64,000 nt of DNA, from contig CAVYKI010000009.1 in NCBI GenBank assembly GCA_963769025.1, positions 416,001 through 480,000 on the forward strand, read 5' to 3'. This DNA is from an uncultured Verrucomicrobiae bacterium (lineage in GTDB: Bacteria; Verrucomicrobiota; Verrucomicrobiia; Chthoniobacterales; Chthoniobacteraceae). Below the pieces are notes generated by a model that had not been told where the DNA came from, searched no databases, and saw only the letters and a list, made by a program, of their open reading frames with translations. Positions 41,893-50,732 of the stretch are shown one piece after another (position 1 is the first letter of the stretch; the number at the start of each line of letters is the position of its first letter). The translations under genes were made by a program, and so were the position numbers.

Positions 41893-43419
41893 CTACGGCG
41901 CGGCCTTCGCGAGCGGGAGGCGGATGCAGGCGGCCTCGCGGTCGTTCCGCACGACGAGAAGGTCGCCGCTCAGTGCGAGCGGATTCCACGTCTTCTCATC
42001 AAAGACGCGGAAGCGCGCGAGTTCGTTCGCGCCATCGGGCGTCGGACGGAGCAGGACGAGTTCGCCGGGGATCTCCGTCATTTGCAGGTAATGATCGCCG
42101 ACGAGAAGTCCCTGCCCATGACCGTAGCGGCCGTCCTTCCAGCGCACTTTGCCGTCCTTCAGATCGAGGCACGCAAAGATGCCGTCGCTCACGCCGTACA
42201 CGTAGCCGGCGCGCTCGGCGGGATTGGAAAATTTTGCCTGAAAGCGGATCGTCTTCCACACCTCGGTCGCGGCGGGCCTGCCGTCCGGGCCGGGTGCGAT
42301 TTCGACCAGCGCGCTGCCGACACCGTAGCCGCTGGAAAACAGAAGGCGATTCCCGCCAGTGACGATCGGTCGCGCGACGTGCGGGAGGCCCTTGCCCCAC
42401 GGATGCTCCCAGAGCACTTCGCCGGTGGAGGGATCGTGCGATGTGATCGCGCCGGTATTGAACATCACGATCTGCGGCCTTCCGGCGATCGTGAGGAGGA
42501 AAGGCGAGCTGTAGTTGATCCCGCGGCTGCCGCCGCGCCACACGGGTTCGCCGGTGGCGACGTCGTATGCGAGCAGCGATTTGCCGTCCGTCCCGCCGGC
42601 GCTCACGATGACTTTCCCATCGTGCACCAGCGGCGACGACGCAAAGCCCCACGTCGGCACCTCGACACCGGCGTCCGTCGGCAGATCGCGCATCCAGATC
42701 GGTTTGCCAGTCGCGAGTTCGAGACAGCGGAGGGTGCCCGTCGCGCCGAGCGTGAGGACGCGGTCGCCGTGCACGGTCGGAGTCGTGCGGGGGCCTTCGC
42801 CGGCGATGGAGGTGTTGAAGTGACCAGCGTTGGCGGTGCTCCAGAGCAGCTTGCCGGTGAGGATGTCGCGGCACGTGACAAGTTCCTCCTCGCCCTGCTG
42901 CTCGAGCGTCAGCGCGCGATCGCCCGCAATCGCAAAGCCCGACCACGCCGCGCCGACCGGCTGCCGCCACAGCACCTGAGGCGGATGGTTTTTCCAGTCG
43001 GGATCGAGTGCCGGGCCGTCGAGCCGGGCGTCGCGATTCGGGCCAAAGGCCTGCGGAAACTCGGCTCGCGTCACAGCCGGTGAGCCGGTGTTTGTCGCGC
43101 GTGCCGCCTCCGCGCCTTTCGCGAAACGGAACTCGAAGAGCGGGATGAAATCGCCGGTCATCCCGCGATGGCGGAAGAATGCCGGAAAGAGCGCGATCAT
43201 CACCAGCGGCGCGAGCCGCGCAGCCCACGGCGCGTGCGAGAGGAACAGCCACCACAGCAGCAGCAGCGCGCCCGTGGTGACAGCGGTCGCCAGGATCGCA
43301 AGGGAGCGGGCCTGCTCGTACGGCCAGACATCGAGCACGCGAATGACTGCAAATGCGATCGCGCCAAGAATGGCAATCGCGATGCCCGGCCACCAGCGGA
43401 TAGGTCGGCGTCCGGTCAT
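41893..43419 (-). CDS. PQQ-like beta-propeller protein with N-terminal TM helices
   Basis: GPNRD, LWRQPVG, GPRTTP, WGFASSP, YSSP, TWNPLAL. Confidence 0.88.
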   Translation of the reverse strand: MTGRRPIRWWPGIAIAILGAIAFAVIRVLDVWPYEQARSLAILATAVTTGALLLLWWLFLSHAPWAARLAPLVMIALFPAFFRHRGMTGDFIPLFEFRFAKGAEAARATNTGSPAVTRAEFPQAFGPNRDARLDGPALDPDWKNHPPQVLWRQPVGAAWSGFAIAGDRALTLEQQGEEELVTCRDILTGKLLWSTANAGHFNTSIAGEGPRTTPTVHGDRVLTLGATGTLRCLELATGKPIWMRDLPTDAGVEVPTWGFASSPLVHDGKVIVSAGGTDGKSLLAYDVATGEPVWRGGSRGINYSSPFLLTIAGRPQIVMFNTGAITSHDPSTGEVLWEHPWGKGLPHVARPIVTGGNRLLFSSGYGVGSALVEIAPGPDGRPAATEVWKTIRFQAKFSNPAERAGYVYGVSDGIFACLDLKDGKVRWKDGRYGHGQGLLVGDHYLQMTEIPGELVLLRPTPDGANELARFRVFDEKTWNPLALSGDLLVVRNDREAACIRLPLAKAAP

Positions 43420-43420
43420 C

Positions 43421-45448
43421 TCAGTTGAGCGAGCGCAGGTATTGCCAGATGGCTTCAAACTGGTCGGCGGCCTTTCCGCCGAGCACGTCGGTGATCTGCG
43501 TGGTCACGCCGTCCTCGCTGAACTTCGGCATCTTCGTATCCGCATCGATGCGCAGCGGTGCGAGAACCCAGCGGTGGAAAAATCCCTTCCGCACGCGCTC
43601 GATCGTGTTGCCGAAATTCACGCCGGGCGCCTCGAAGACCGCGGTCGCGGGCTCGTCCTTCACCGCATGACAGGTGGTGCAATTGAAGCCGCCATCCGAC
43701 CCGATCAGCCTTTCCCCTGCGGCGACCTTTTCCTTGTCCGGCACGGGCTCGGGCGGATCGGAAAGTGGAAGCCCGTGCTGCTGCGCGAGCCCGACTGCGA
43801 TTCCCATCGCCGGTCCGCCAAAGCCCGGCATGCGCGCGATGAGCCACGGGCGCGGCTTGTAAGGCGCAGCCCCGGCGATGAAGCTGCCCATCCAGCCCGC
43901 CTGCAGCTTTTCCCCAAACCACGTGAGGTGCGGCACCGCGGTGCCCGCGAGCGGCGCACCTTCGAGCTGCTCCTCGGGCTGGGGTGCGGCGTTCTGAAGC
44001 GCGGTCATCTCCTCCTCCACCTTCTGCCACGTGCTCTGAAGTCCGTCGCGCGGATGGCAGGCAGTGCAGTTCATGCGCGTGATCTGGCGCTCGGCAAACT
44101 CGGCAGGCGCGTCCTGCTTCAGCGATGCGAGGTCCGTGGCAATAAATGCAGCGAGTTCGTCTCGCTGCTTTGGCGAGAGCCCGAAGACGGGCGCCTTGCC
44201 CGCGTCTTCGGCGAGGCATCCTTTCGCGCCAGCCTTCACGACCGCGGCGAGCCCGGGCGCGGCGAGCGTGCTTTTTTCAATTCCGGGAATCGCGTGGCAG
44301 CTTGCGCAGCCGAGGCTCGTGGCGAGTGCCTTGCCATTCGTCGCGTCGCCTTTCACAGCGGGGAATTCCGACTTCGCATTGGCATAAAGGTATGCGCTGA
44401 GCTTTGCGGCCTCGTCGTCGGTCAGCCGGAAGTTTGGCATCCGTGTCCACGTGCTGTGCGCGGTGGGGTTCTTCAGGAACTCCGCGAGCGCCGCGGGCTG
44501 ATATTTCGCCGAGACATGCGTGAGCGGAGTGCGTGCGTGCTCATCCTTGCCGGAAAAATCTGGCGTGGTGTGGCAGGCGATGCAGCCGAGGTTTGCGAAC
44601 AGTCCTCCGCCAGCGGCTGCGATTTCCGCAGCAGCCCTTTCTGCCGGTCCTTTCGCCGGCGTCCCGAGCGTCGAGAGGTATGCGGCGATGTCCGCCGCCT
44701 GTTCCTTCGTCGTGTGGAGCGCAGGCATTGTGGCGTCGGGGCGGACGGCACGCGGATTCTCCACCCACGCCGCGATCCATTCCGGGCGAAAGCGCGCGCC
44801 CGCGTCCGCGAGGTCCGGCGCTGTCATCATCGTTTCCATCATGCCGTTGCCGTCCTTCGGGACGAGCGCGCCGCCATCGTGGCACGCGGCGCAGTGGAGT
44901 TGCGTGAAAAGCATCCGCCCCTCGCGCGTCTTCGCAGCGGCAATTTGGGCGGGCGGCGGCGTGTGTGTCCATGAGCTCGGAGGCACGGGTTCGCGCGGAA
45001 ATTCCTTCGACGCCCAGTGGAGTTGAAGTTGCGCGTCATCCTCGCCGTCGGTCGTGTAGTCGATGACGAACCGGTTCGCGCCTTTCTGAAGCTGCACCGT
45101 CTTGTCCGCATACTGCGCGGCGGCGGCACCGGCGGCGTCGAGTATTTGCTCGCCGTTCACCGAGACCTTCACCTGCCCGCGAACCTCGACGCTGAACGTG
45201 TATTCGCTCCGCAGCGGCGAATCCACATCGCCTTCCCATTTTGCAGTGAAGGGTCCCGCTGGGAGGAACGGGGTCGCAGGAGTGCCTTTCGGAACGTAGA
45301 GCGCGCAGAGTCGCGCCGCGCGTGTGTCCGACTTTCCGCCGGCGGTGAAAGTGACCGTGAGGCCCGGCGATTTTTCGGGAGCCGCGGAGAGCGCGTCCGG
45401 GAGCGGGAGGAAAATCGCAGCGAGGCAGGCAATGGTGATGCAGCGCAT
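43421..45448 (-). CDS. Secreted multiheme c-type cytochrome with a PA14-like domain
   Basis: Five CxxCH (CAACH, CIACH, CASCH, CTACH, CTTCH); PA14-like FTAKWEG...YTF. Confidence 0.88.
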   Translation of the reverse strand: MRCITIACLAAIFLPLPDALSAAPEKSPGLTVTFTAGGKSDTRAARLCALYVPKGTPATPFLPAGPFTAKWEGDVDSPLRSEYTFSVEVRGQVKVSVNGEQILDAAGAAAAQYADKTVQLQKGANRFVIDYTTDGEDDAQLQLHWASKEFPREPVPPSSWTHTPPPAQIAAAKTREGRMLFTQLHCAACHDGGALVPKDGNGMMETMMTAPDLADAGARFRPEWIAAWVENPRAVRPDATMPALHTTKEQAADIAAYLSTLGTPAKGPAERAAAEIAAAGGGLFANLGCIACHTTPDFSGKDEHARTPLTHVSAKYQPAALAEFLKNPTAHSTWTRMPNFRLTDDEAAKLSAYLYANAKSEFPAVKGDATNGKALATSLGCASCHAIPGIEKSTLAAPGLAAVVKAGAKGCLAEDAGKAPVFGLSPKQRDELAAFIATDLASLKQDAPAEFAERQITRMNCTACHPRDGLQSTWQKVEEEMTALQNAAPQPEEQLEGAPLAGTAVPHLTWFGEKLQAGWMGSFIAGAAPYKPRPWLIARMPGFGGPAMGIAVGLAQQHGLPLSDPPEPVPDKEKVAAGERLIGSDGGFNCTTCHAVKDEPATAVFEAPGVNFGNTIERVRKGFFHRWVLAPLRIDADTKMPKFSEDGVTTQITDVLGGKAADQFEAIWQYLRSLN

Positions 45449-45493
45449 GTTCTGCGCGATGTACGGAGCCCGCATTGGCGCGTCAACCGCGCA

Positions 45494-46699
45494 TCATTCC
45501 CTGCCTCTGCGCTCGGCGAGGATCAGTAGTGCCCGCGAGGCCTCATGCTGGTAGCCAAAGCCAAAAGGCAACCGCAGCCCCGGGCCGGCCTCGACGGCGG
45601 CCTGCAGGTCCGGCTCGTAATATTTCGCAAACAGCTCGATGGGCAGCGCACTGCGACCCCAGAGGTGCAACGTCCACCTGTCCTTCGGAAATGTGCGGTA
45701 CGGGATTCCGCTCGGATCCTGGACGATCGCGTAGCTGTGGTTCATCAGCCACTCGTTGATGCGCGTGAATTCGCTCTCGTGCGGCAGGAAGCTCGCGGCC
45801 TTCAGCAAGCTGCGCCCCATCCCTAGCGTCTCGCAAAAGCGCAGCACTCCGCCGTGCGATTTCAGCCCGCCATTCGAGAGGTCGCCGAAGAAATAATACA
45901 ACGTCTGCTGCGACTGCCTCGGCATCTGGAAACGGATGCGCACACCGGGCGTGCCGCCCTTCGCCCTCCCGTCCGTGGAGAGTCCGCCGTCCGATCCGCA
46001 GCGGACCGGCTGGACTTCCAAAATGCGCGCGTCTTCGCGGGCGAGGATGAGTTCCAGCACGGGCAGGATGCCGGGAAGGTGCCGCTGCTCCACATCCCTG
46101 CGGAGATCCGTGGTGATGAAAAAGCTGAAGTCGAGAAGCGAGCGAAGCGAATTGCGGAAGCTCGCGAGCGCGCCGGGAAGTTCGGCCGGCGGAATGCGCA
46201 TGGGATCCGGCTGGCTGCCCACCGGTTCACGCGCGCAGAGCACGTAATTCTTTGCGCGGGGGAAGAGCGCGTGCGGGTACAGGAAATCCGCCCCGCTGAA
46301 AAAATAAAATACCGGCGACTCCGACGTGTGCACTGCTCCGAGTGCCGCGGGCGCCCACGCGCGCACCTTTGCCATCCTCGCGCGTTCACTTTCCGCCCAC
46401 GCCGCGTCGAGCTCCCGCGCATGTTGCGTCCACTCCGGCACCAGCGCGAATCTCCGGAGTCCGACGCCGTGCGGCGTCAATCCTGCCAGCCAGCGCGCGA
46501 CGTCATCGTCCGTGGAAGCGATCCGCGGCTCCGGCGGCGCGGCAGGTTGGGGCGTGACCGTCCGTGCCGGGTATGTCGCTGTGGGCCTCGGAGCGGAGAA
46601 GGATGGATTTGAGCCCGGGTCCTGAGCGGGAGCGGGCGCGAGGAATGCGAGCGCGACACCGGAAAAAATGTGGCAGAGCTTGGACTTCGATCCCCTCAT
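45494..46699 (-). CDS. Conserved hypothetical secreted protein
   Basis: Signal-like N-terminus, Pro-rich linker, YFFSGADFLY, LLKAASFLPH, VQDPSGIPY, LPFGFGY. Confidence 0.75.
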   Translation of the reverse strand: MRGSKSKLCHIFSGVALAFLAPAPAQDPGSNPSFSAPRPTATYPARTVTPQPAAPPEPRIASTDDDVARWLAGLTPHGVGLRRFALVPEWTQHARELDAAWAESERARMAKVRAWAPAALGAVHTSESPVFYFFSGADFLYPHALFPRAKNYVLCAREPVGSQPDPMRIPPAELPGALASFRNSLRSLLDFSFFITTDLRRDVEQRHLPGILPVLELILAREDARILEVQPVRCGSDGGLSTDGRAKGGTPGVRIRFQMPRQSQQTLYYFFGDLSNGGLKSHGGVLRFCETLGMGRSLLKAASFLPHESEFTRINEWLMNHSYAIVQDPSGIPYRTFPKDRWTLHLWGRSALPIELFAKYYEPDLQAAVEAGPGLRLPFGFGYQHEASRALLILAERRGRE

Positions 46700-46820
46700 T
46701 GCATTCGCTGAATTGCGCATACGAAACCCACGGTGCCCTGCATGCTCCCGCCTTTTCAAGTGCGATCACCGGACGTTCGTGGACGTGCGAGCAGCCGGGC
46801 CGTGCGTGAGCAACGGGCGC

Positions 46821-48119
46821 TCAGGCGGGCCGCCGCCTTGATAGGTGGAAGACGATGAGGCCGAGAAGCAGCGTGCCGAGGCCGGCGAGGGATTCGAGGG
46901 GGCTTTTGTGGAAGACGTGCCAGATCATCCAGCCGTTCACGGTGAGGAAAATGAGCGGTGTGACCGGGTAGCCCCAGGCGCGGACGGGACGGGGGAGGTT
47001 TGGCTCGCGGCGGCGGAGCACGAAGACGCCGAGGACGGCGAGCCCGGAGCAGACTGTGATGGTGAATTGCACGTAGGTAAGCACCTTCTGAAACGTGCCC
47101 GTGACGAGCAGCACGGTGACGAGGGCGGTCTGCGCGAGCGTGGCGAGGATCGGGATGCCGCCGGCGCTCACGAGGGAAAAGGGGCGCAGCGGGCGGCTGT
47201 CCTCGCCCATGGTGGCGAGGACGCGCGGGCCGATCCACTGCATCGCGCCGACGGTGGAAAGCAGGCCGCCGGCGATGAGGAGGGCCATCCATTTTCCGCC
47301 CGTGGCGCCGAGCGCGTGCGTGCCTGCGATGAGGCCGACCTCGAGCTTGCCGGTGAGCTCGGCGACGGGCGCGACGCGGAGGAAGACGGAGTTCAGCGCG
47401 ATGTAGAGGACCGTGACGATGATGGTGCCGATGGCCATCGAAAGCGGGACGTTGCGCGAGGGGTTGCTCACTTCTCCGGTGACGTAGGAGGAGGCGTTCC
47501 AGCCCGCGTAGGCGAACATGACGTAGATGAGGCTGGTCGCAAATTCAGGGCTGAACATCCGCACGGCGTCGCCTGCCTGCGGTGTGAGCGCGCTGCCGCT
47601 GGCGGGCGCGAGGAAGCCCGCTGCGAGGAATGCGACGATGGTGAGCAGCTTCAGCGACGTGGAAAAATCCTGGAACCACTCGCGGAGCCGTGCGCTGGCG
47701 AGCATGGCGATCGTGATGGCTGCGAGCGCGGCGAAGGCCATGCCGGTCTCGGGAAGCGCGGGCCGAATTTCATGGGCGTACCTTCCAAACGCCATCGCCG
47801 CGAGCGCGACGGGCGCGGCAAAGCCCGCGGTGACCGCCGCCCAGCCCGCGAGGAAGCCGACGGACGGATGAAAGATGCGCGTGAGGAAATGATACTCGCC
47901 GCCGGAGCGCGGCAGTGCGGCGGCGAGCTCGGCATACGCGACGCTTCCGCAGAAGGCGCACACGCCGCCGACGAGCCACAGCATGAGAATGACGAATGGC
48001 GTGAGCCCGCCCGCGAGCTGGAAGCCGAGGCTGGTGAAGACGCCCGTGCCGATCATGTTTGCCACGACGAGGCACGTCGCGGTGTAGAGCGACATGGTGC
48101 CGGGCTTTCCTAGGGACAT
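46821..48119 (-). CDS. APC-family amino acid permease
   Basis: ANMIGTGVF, YAELAAALPRSGGEY, AYAGWN, GEVSNPSRNVP, WGYPVTP. Confidence 0.92.
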   Translation of the reverse strand: MSLGKPGTMSLYTATCLVVANMIGTGVFTSLGFQLAGGLTPFVILMLWLVGGVCAFCGSVAYAELAAALPRSGGEYHFLTRIFHPSVGFLAGWAAVTAGFAAPVALAAMAFGRYAHEIRPALPETGMAFAALAAITIAMLASARLREWFQDFSTSLKLLTIVAFLAAGFLAPASGSALTPQAGDAVRMFSPEFATSLIYVMFAYAGWNASSYVTGEVSNPSRNVPLSMAIGTIIVTVLYIALNSVFLRVAPVAELTGKLEVGLIAGTHALGATGGKWMALLIAGGLLSTVGAMQWIGPRVLATMGEDSRPLRPFSLVSAGGIPILATLAQTALVTVLLVTGTFQKVLTYVQFTITVCSGLAVLGVFVLRRREPNLPRPVRAWGYPVTPLIFLTVNGWMIWHVFHKSPLESLAGLGTLLLGLIVFHLSRRRPA

Positions 48120-48275
48120 ATGGCCGCGGAGGTTTCCGAAGAGCGCGGGGGAATGCGAGGGGAAAGGATTGCGGATTCCGGACACCGAATGGGTTCGCGG
48201 CGGGCCCTCCTTGCAGTCAGGCGTGATGCGGCGATTGGATCAGCCCGCCTCCTGCCGTCGTCGACTACGAAGGTT

Positions 48276-50627
48276 CTATCGCGCCGCCGACTTCGCGTAG
48301 GGGACGACGTGGATGGTGTTCAGGATGCGGCCGGGGACGGGCTGGCCGTTCTCGCCGTTCACGTTCATCTTGATCTCCATCTGGTCCACGGGGCGCAGGC
48401 CTTCGATTTCGAGGAACACCTTCTTGCGGTCGGCGCTCAGCTTCACGGATTTCACGGCGAGGTCTTCCTTGCCCTTGGTGCTGTCGGAAGGCTTGTAGCT
48501 GTCACTGCCGTAGTTGGCGCTCCACTTGTAGTTCCACTGCTTCACGGCGTAGTTCGCCGCGTCTCCGGCGGATTTTTCGTCGAGCGGATTGGTGAAGCCG
48601 ACCTCGATGCCGTGCGTGCGGACATTCAGCGTAGCGGGAAAAAAAATCTTCTTTCCCGTGTAGCGGACGCGCTGGAGGCAGCCGTCCTTTGCGGCGCTCG
48701 TCTGCCAGCCTTTGAGTCCGCAGATCCAGAGCTGGCCGTCGATCGCGTTGAAGCGCGCCCGCATTGTGCCGCTCTCAAATTTCACCGGGAAACGGAAGAC
48801 GCCGCCTTGCACGACATCGCCCGCCTTTTCCGTGAGCACGCCGTAGAGCCCGCACGTGCCGTAGCTCAGGTGCAGCATCCCGCCTGCGGGCAGGCCCCAC
48901 TTTTCGCCGGTGACCCACGCCTGTCCGCCGCCGGAATTATCCACGTCCTTCGGCATATAGCAGATGTGCTTGCCGGGCTCGGTCGGCGGGCTCGGTCGGC
49001 GAGAGAGATCGGCGACGGTGACGAAGTCTCCGGGCTTCACGATGTGGACGTAGCACATCGGCACCCACGTGCCTTCGTTGTCGCCGGTGGTGACTACATC
49101 GCCGGGGCCGACGCTGATGCCGTTCGGCGCGCGGAGGCCGGTGGCGAAAATCTCGAACTTCTTCCCGTCGGGCGAGATCTTGAACATGCAGCCGTTGTGA
49201 TCGCTCAGCGGCCCCCAGCCGCGGCCGCCGGGATTCACCGGTCCGCCTTTGGCGAAGTAGAAGTTGCCCTTGCTGTCCGTCTGCAGATCGAACGTGAATT
49301 CGTGGAAGCCGGGCGTGACCTGCACGTCGTTGTTGAAGCACTCGTAGAAGTCCGCCTCGCCGTCACTGTTCAAATCATGCAGCCGCGTGATCTGGTCTCG
49401 GCCGAGGACGTGCACCGTGTCATTCACGATGCGCAGCCCGAGTGCGTGGAAGAGCCCGCTCGCGTAGCGGCGCCAGGTCACTTCGCCGGTGAAGTCGTTA
49501 TTCGCCGGCGACATCACCCACACGTCGCCACTCCACGTGCAGATGGCGACGCGGCCATCCTTGAAGAAATCGAACCCGCCGGGGCGGATCCAGGACTTGC
49601 TCGGATTCGTGAAAGGCAGCTCGACGGTGTCCACCACGTAGGCGTCATTCTCCGCGGGAGTGCCGGCCTTTAGCGCGGTCTTCACCGTCTCGGACCAGTG
49701 CGCCGGGCCGCCCTTGGTGAAGGCGGCGAGGCTCTGCGGTTTCGCGGCGCCCTTGGCGGCGGCGATGAGCCTCGCTTCGTCCGCGGCGGTGCCCTTTGCG
49801 TAGGAAATCTTGAAGTTCTGTCCCGCGGCGAATGCCGACAGTTGCAGGATCACCTTCGATCCGTTCACCGCGAGCTTCGCGCCCTGCGGCAGCGCGATCC
49901 CGGCGATGGCCACGCGGCTGTCCGGATTTTTCGCGTCGTCCGAAACGACAATCGCCCCGTCCTGTTCAACGGCGGTCGCGCCTTCGCCCTCAAAGACGAT
50001 CTCGCCGCTCGCCGCTCCCGCGGTGAGCACGCTTGTCGTGCGCGTGAGCACTGCCTGGCCGTTCACCTTTTCCAGCGCCGGCATTTCGAGGAGCGATGCG
50101 GAGCCGACGGTGTAGCTGATGACCACGTTGTCGCCGTGCAGGTAGAGCCCGCGGTATTTCGCCCACTCCTGCGGCAGCGGGCCGAATGGCACGACCGCCG
50201 CGCCCTTGCCCGTGGGCAGTTTGCGCGGGTCGGCGAATCCGCCGTCCTTGCTCCACGTCGGCACCGGGTTCGTCTGAAAATGGATGCTCGTGCCTTTCGC
50301 GGGCGAGGGATTCGGGCCGTGTGCGCCGTCGAATGCCACGCCTTTGTAAGTCACGAACCCGCCCGTCCATCCCCCGGCCCAGCGGCAAAGATCGGTGTCG
50401 AAAAGCATCCCGCCCTCGTCAGCGCCGAGCTTGATCGCGATGCCTTTGTTCGCGCACGAGCCGCCGCCCTTGAGCGTATTCTTCCCTTCCGTGTTGTCCC
50501 ACGAAGCGGTGAGGAACCGCCCGTAGTCCATCTCCTCGTATTTTTTCGCCGCGAATCCGGCGGTGGTGGAAAATGACAGCAGGGCTGCGATTGCGAGACG
50601 GGTGCGGAGCGTGGGTGATTTCGGCAT
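48276..50627 (-). CDS. DUF6797-type secreted protein with a sorbosone-dehydrogenase-like propeller
   Basis: MDYGRFL, FDTDLCRW, YRGLYLHG, GDVW, ATGLRAPNG, DNEGTWVP, RARFN. Confidence 0.8.
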   Translation of the reverse strand: MPKSPTLRTRLAIAALLSFSTTAGFAAKKYEEMDYGRFLTASWDNTEGKNTLKGGGSCANKGIAIKLGADEGGMLFDTDLCRWAGGWTGGFVTYKGVAFDGAHGPNPSPAKGTSIHFQTNPVPTWSKDGGFADPRKLPTGKGAAVVPFGPLPQEWAKYRGLYLHGDNVVISYTVGSASLLEMPALEKVNGQAVLTRTTSVLTAGAASGEIVFEGEGATAVEQDGAIVVSDDAKNPDSRVAIAGIALPQGAKLAVNGSKVILQLSAFAAGQNFKISYAKGTAADEARLIAAAKGAAKPQSLAAFTKGGPAHWSETVKTALKAGTPAENDAYVVDTVELPFTNPSKSWIRPGGFDFFKDGRVAICTWSGDVWVMSPANNDFTGEVTWRRYASGLFHALGLRIVNDTVHVLGRDQITRLHDLNSDGEADFYECFNNDVQVTPGFHEFTFDLQTDSKGNFYFAKGGPVNPGGRGWGPLSDHNGCMFKISPDGKKFEIFATGLRAPNGISVGPGDVVTTGDNEGTWVPMCYVHIVKPGDFVTVADLSRRPSPPTEPGKHICYMPKDVDNSGGGQAWVTGEKWGLPAGGMLHLSYGTCGLYGVLTEKAGDVVQGGVFRFPVKFESGTMRARFNAIDGQLWICGLKGWQTSAAKDGCLQRVRYTGKKIFFPATLNVRTHGIEVGFTNPLDEKSAGDAANYAVKQWNYKWSANYGSDSYKPSDSTKGKEDLAVKSVKLSADRKKVFLEIEGLRPVDQMEIKMNVNGENGQPVPGRILNTIHVVPYAKSAAR

Positions 50628-50732
50628 TTGCGTCCCGCGACAATCAGGAAGCGCCCGTGTCCTTTGTAAGAAAGGAACGCCGCTCCGACGCGAATCGATC
50701 GGCGAGCCGCACTCAGGGCGCGCCAGTCGCAG

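Noticed and set aside
39361..43083. 1240-aa plus-strand ORF
   Set aside because: Antisense shadow of three well-supported minus-strand genes in high-GC DNA; no motifs.
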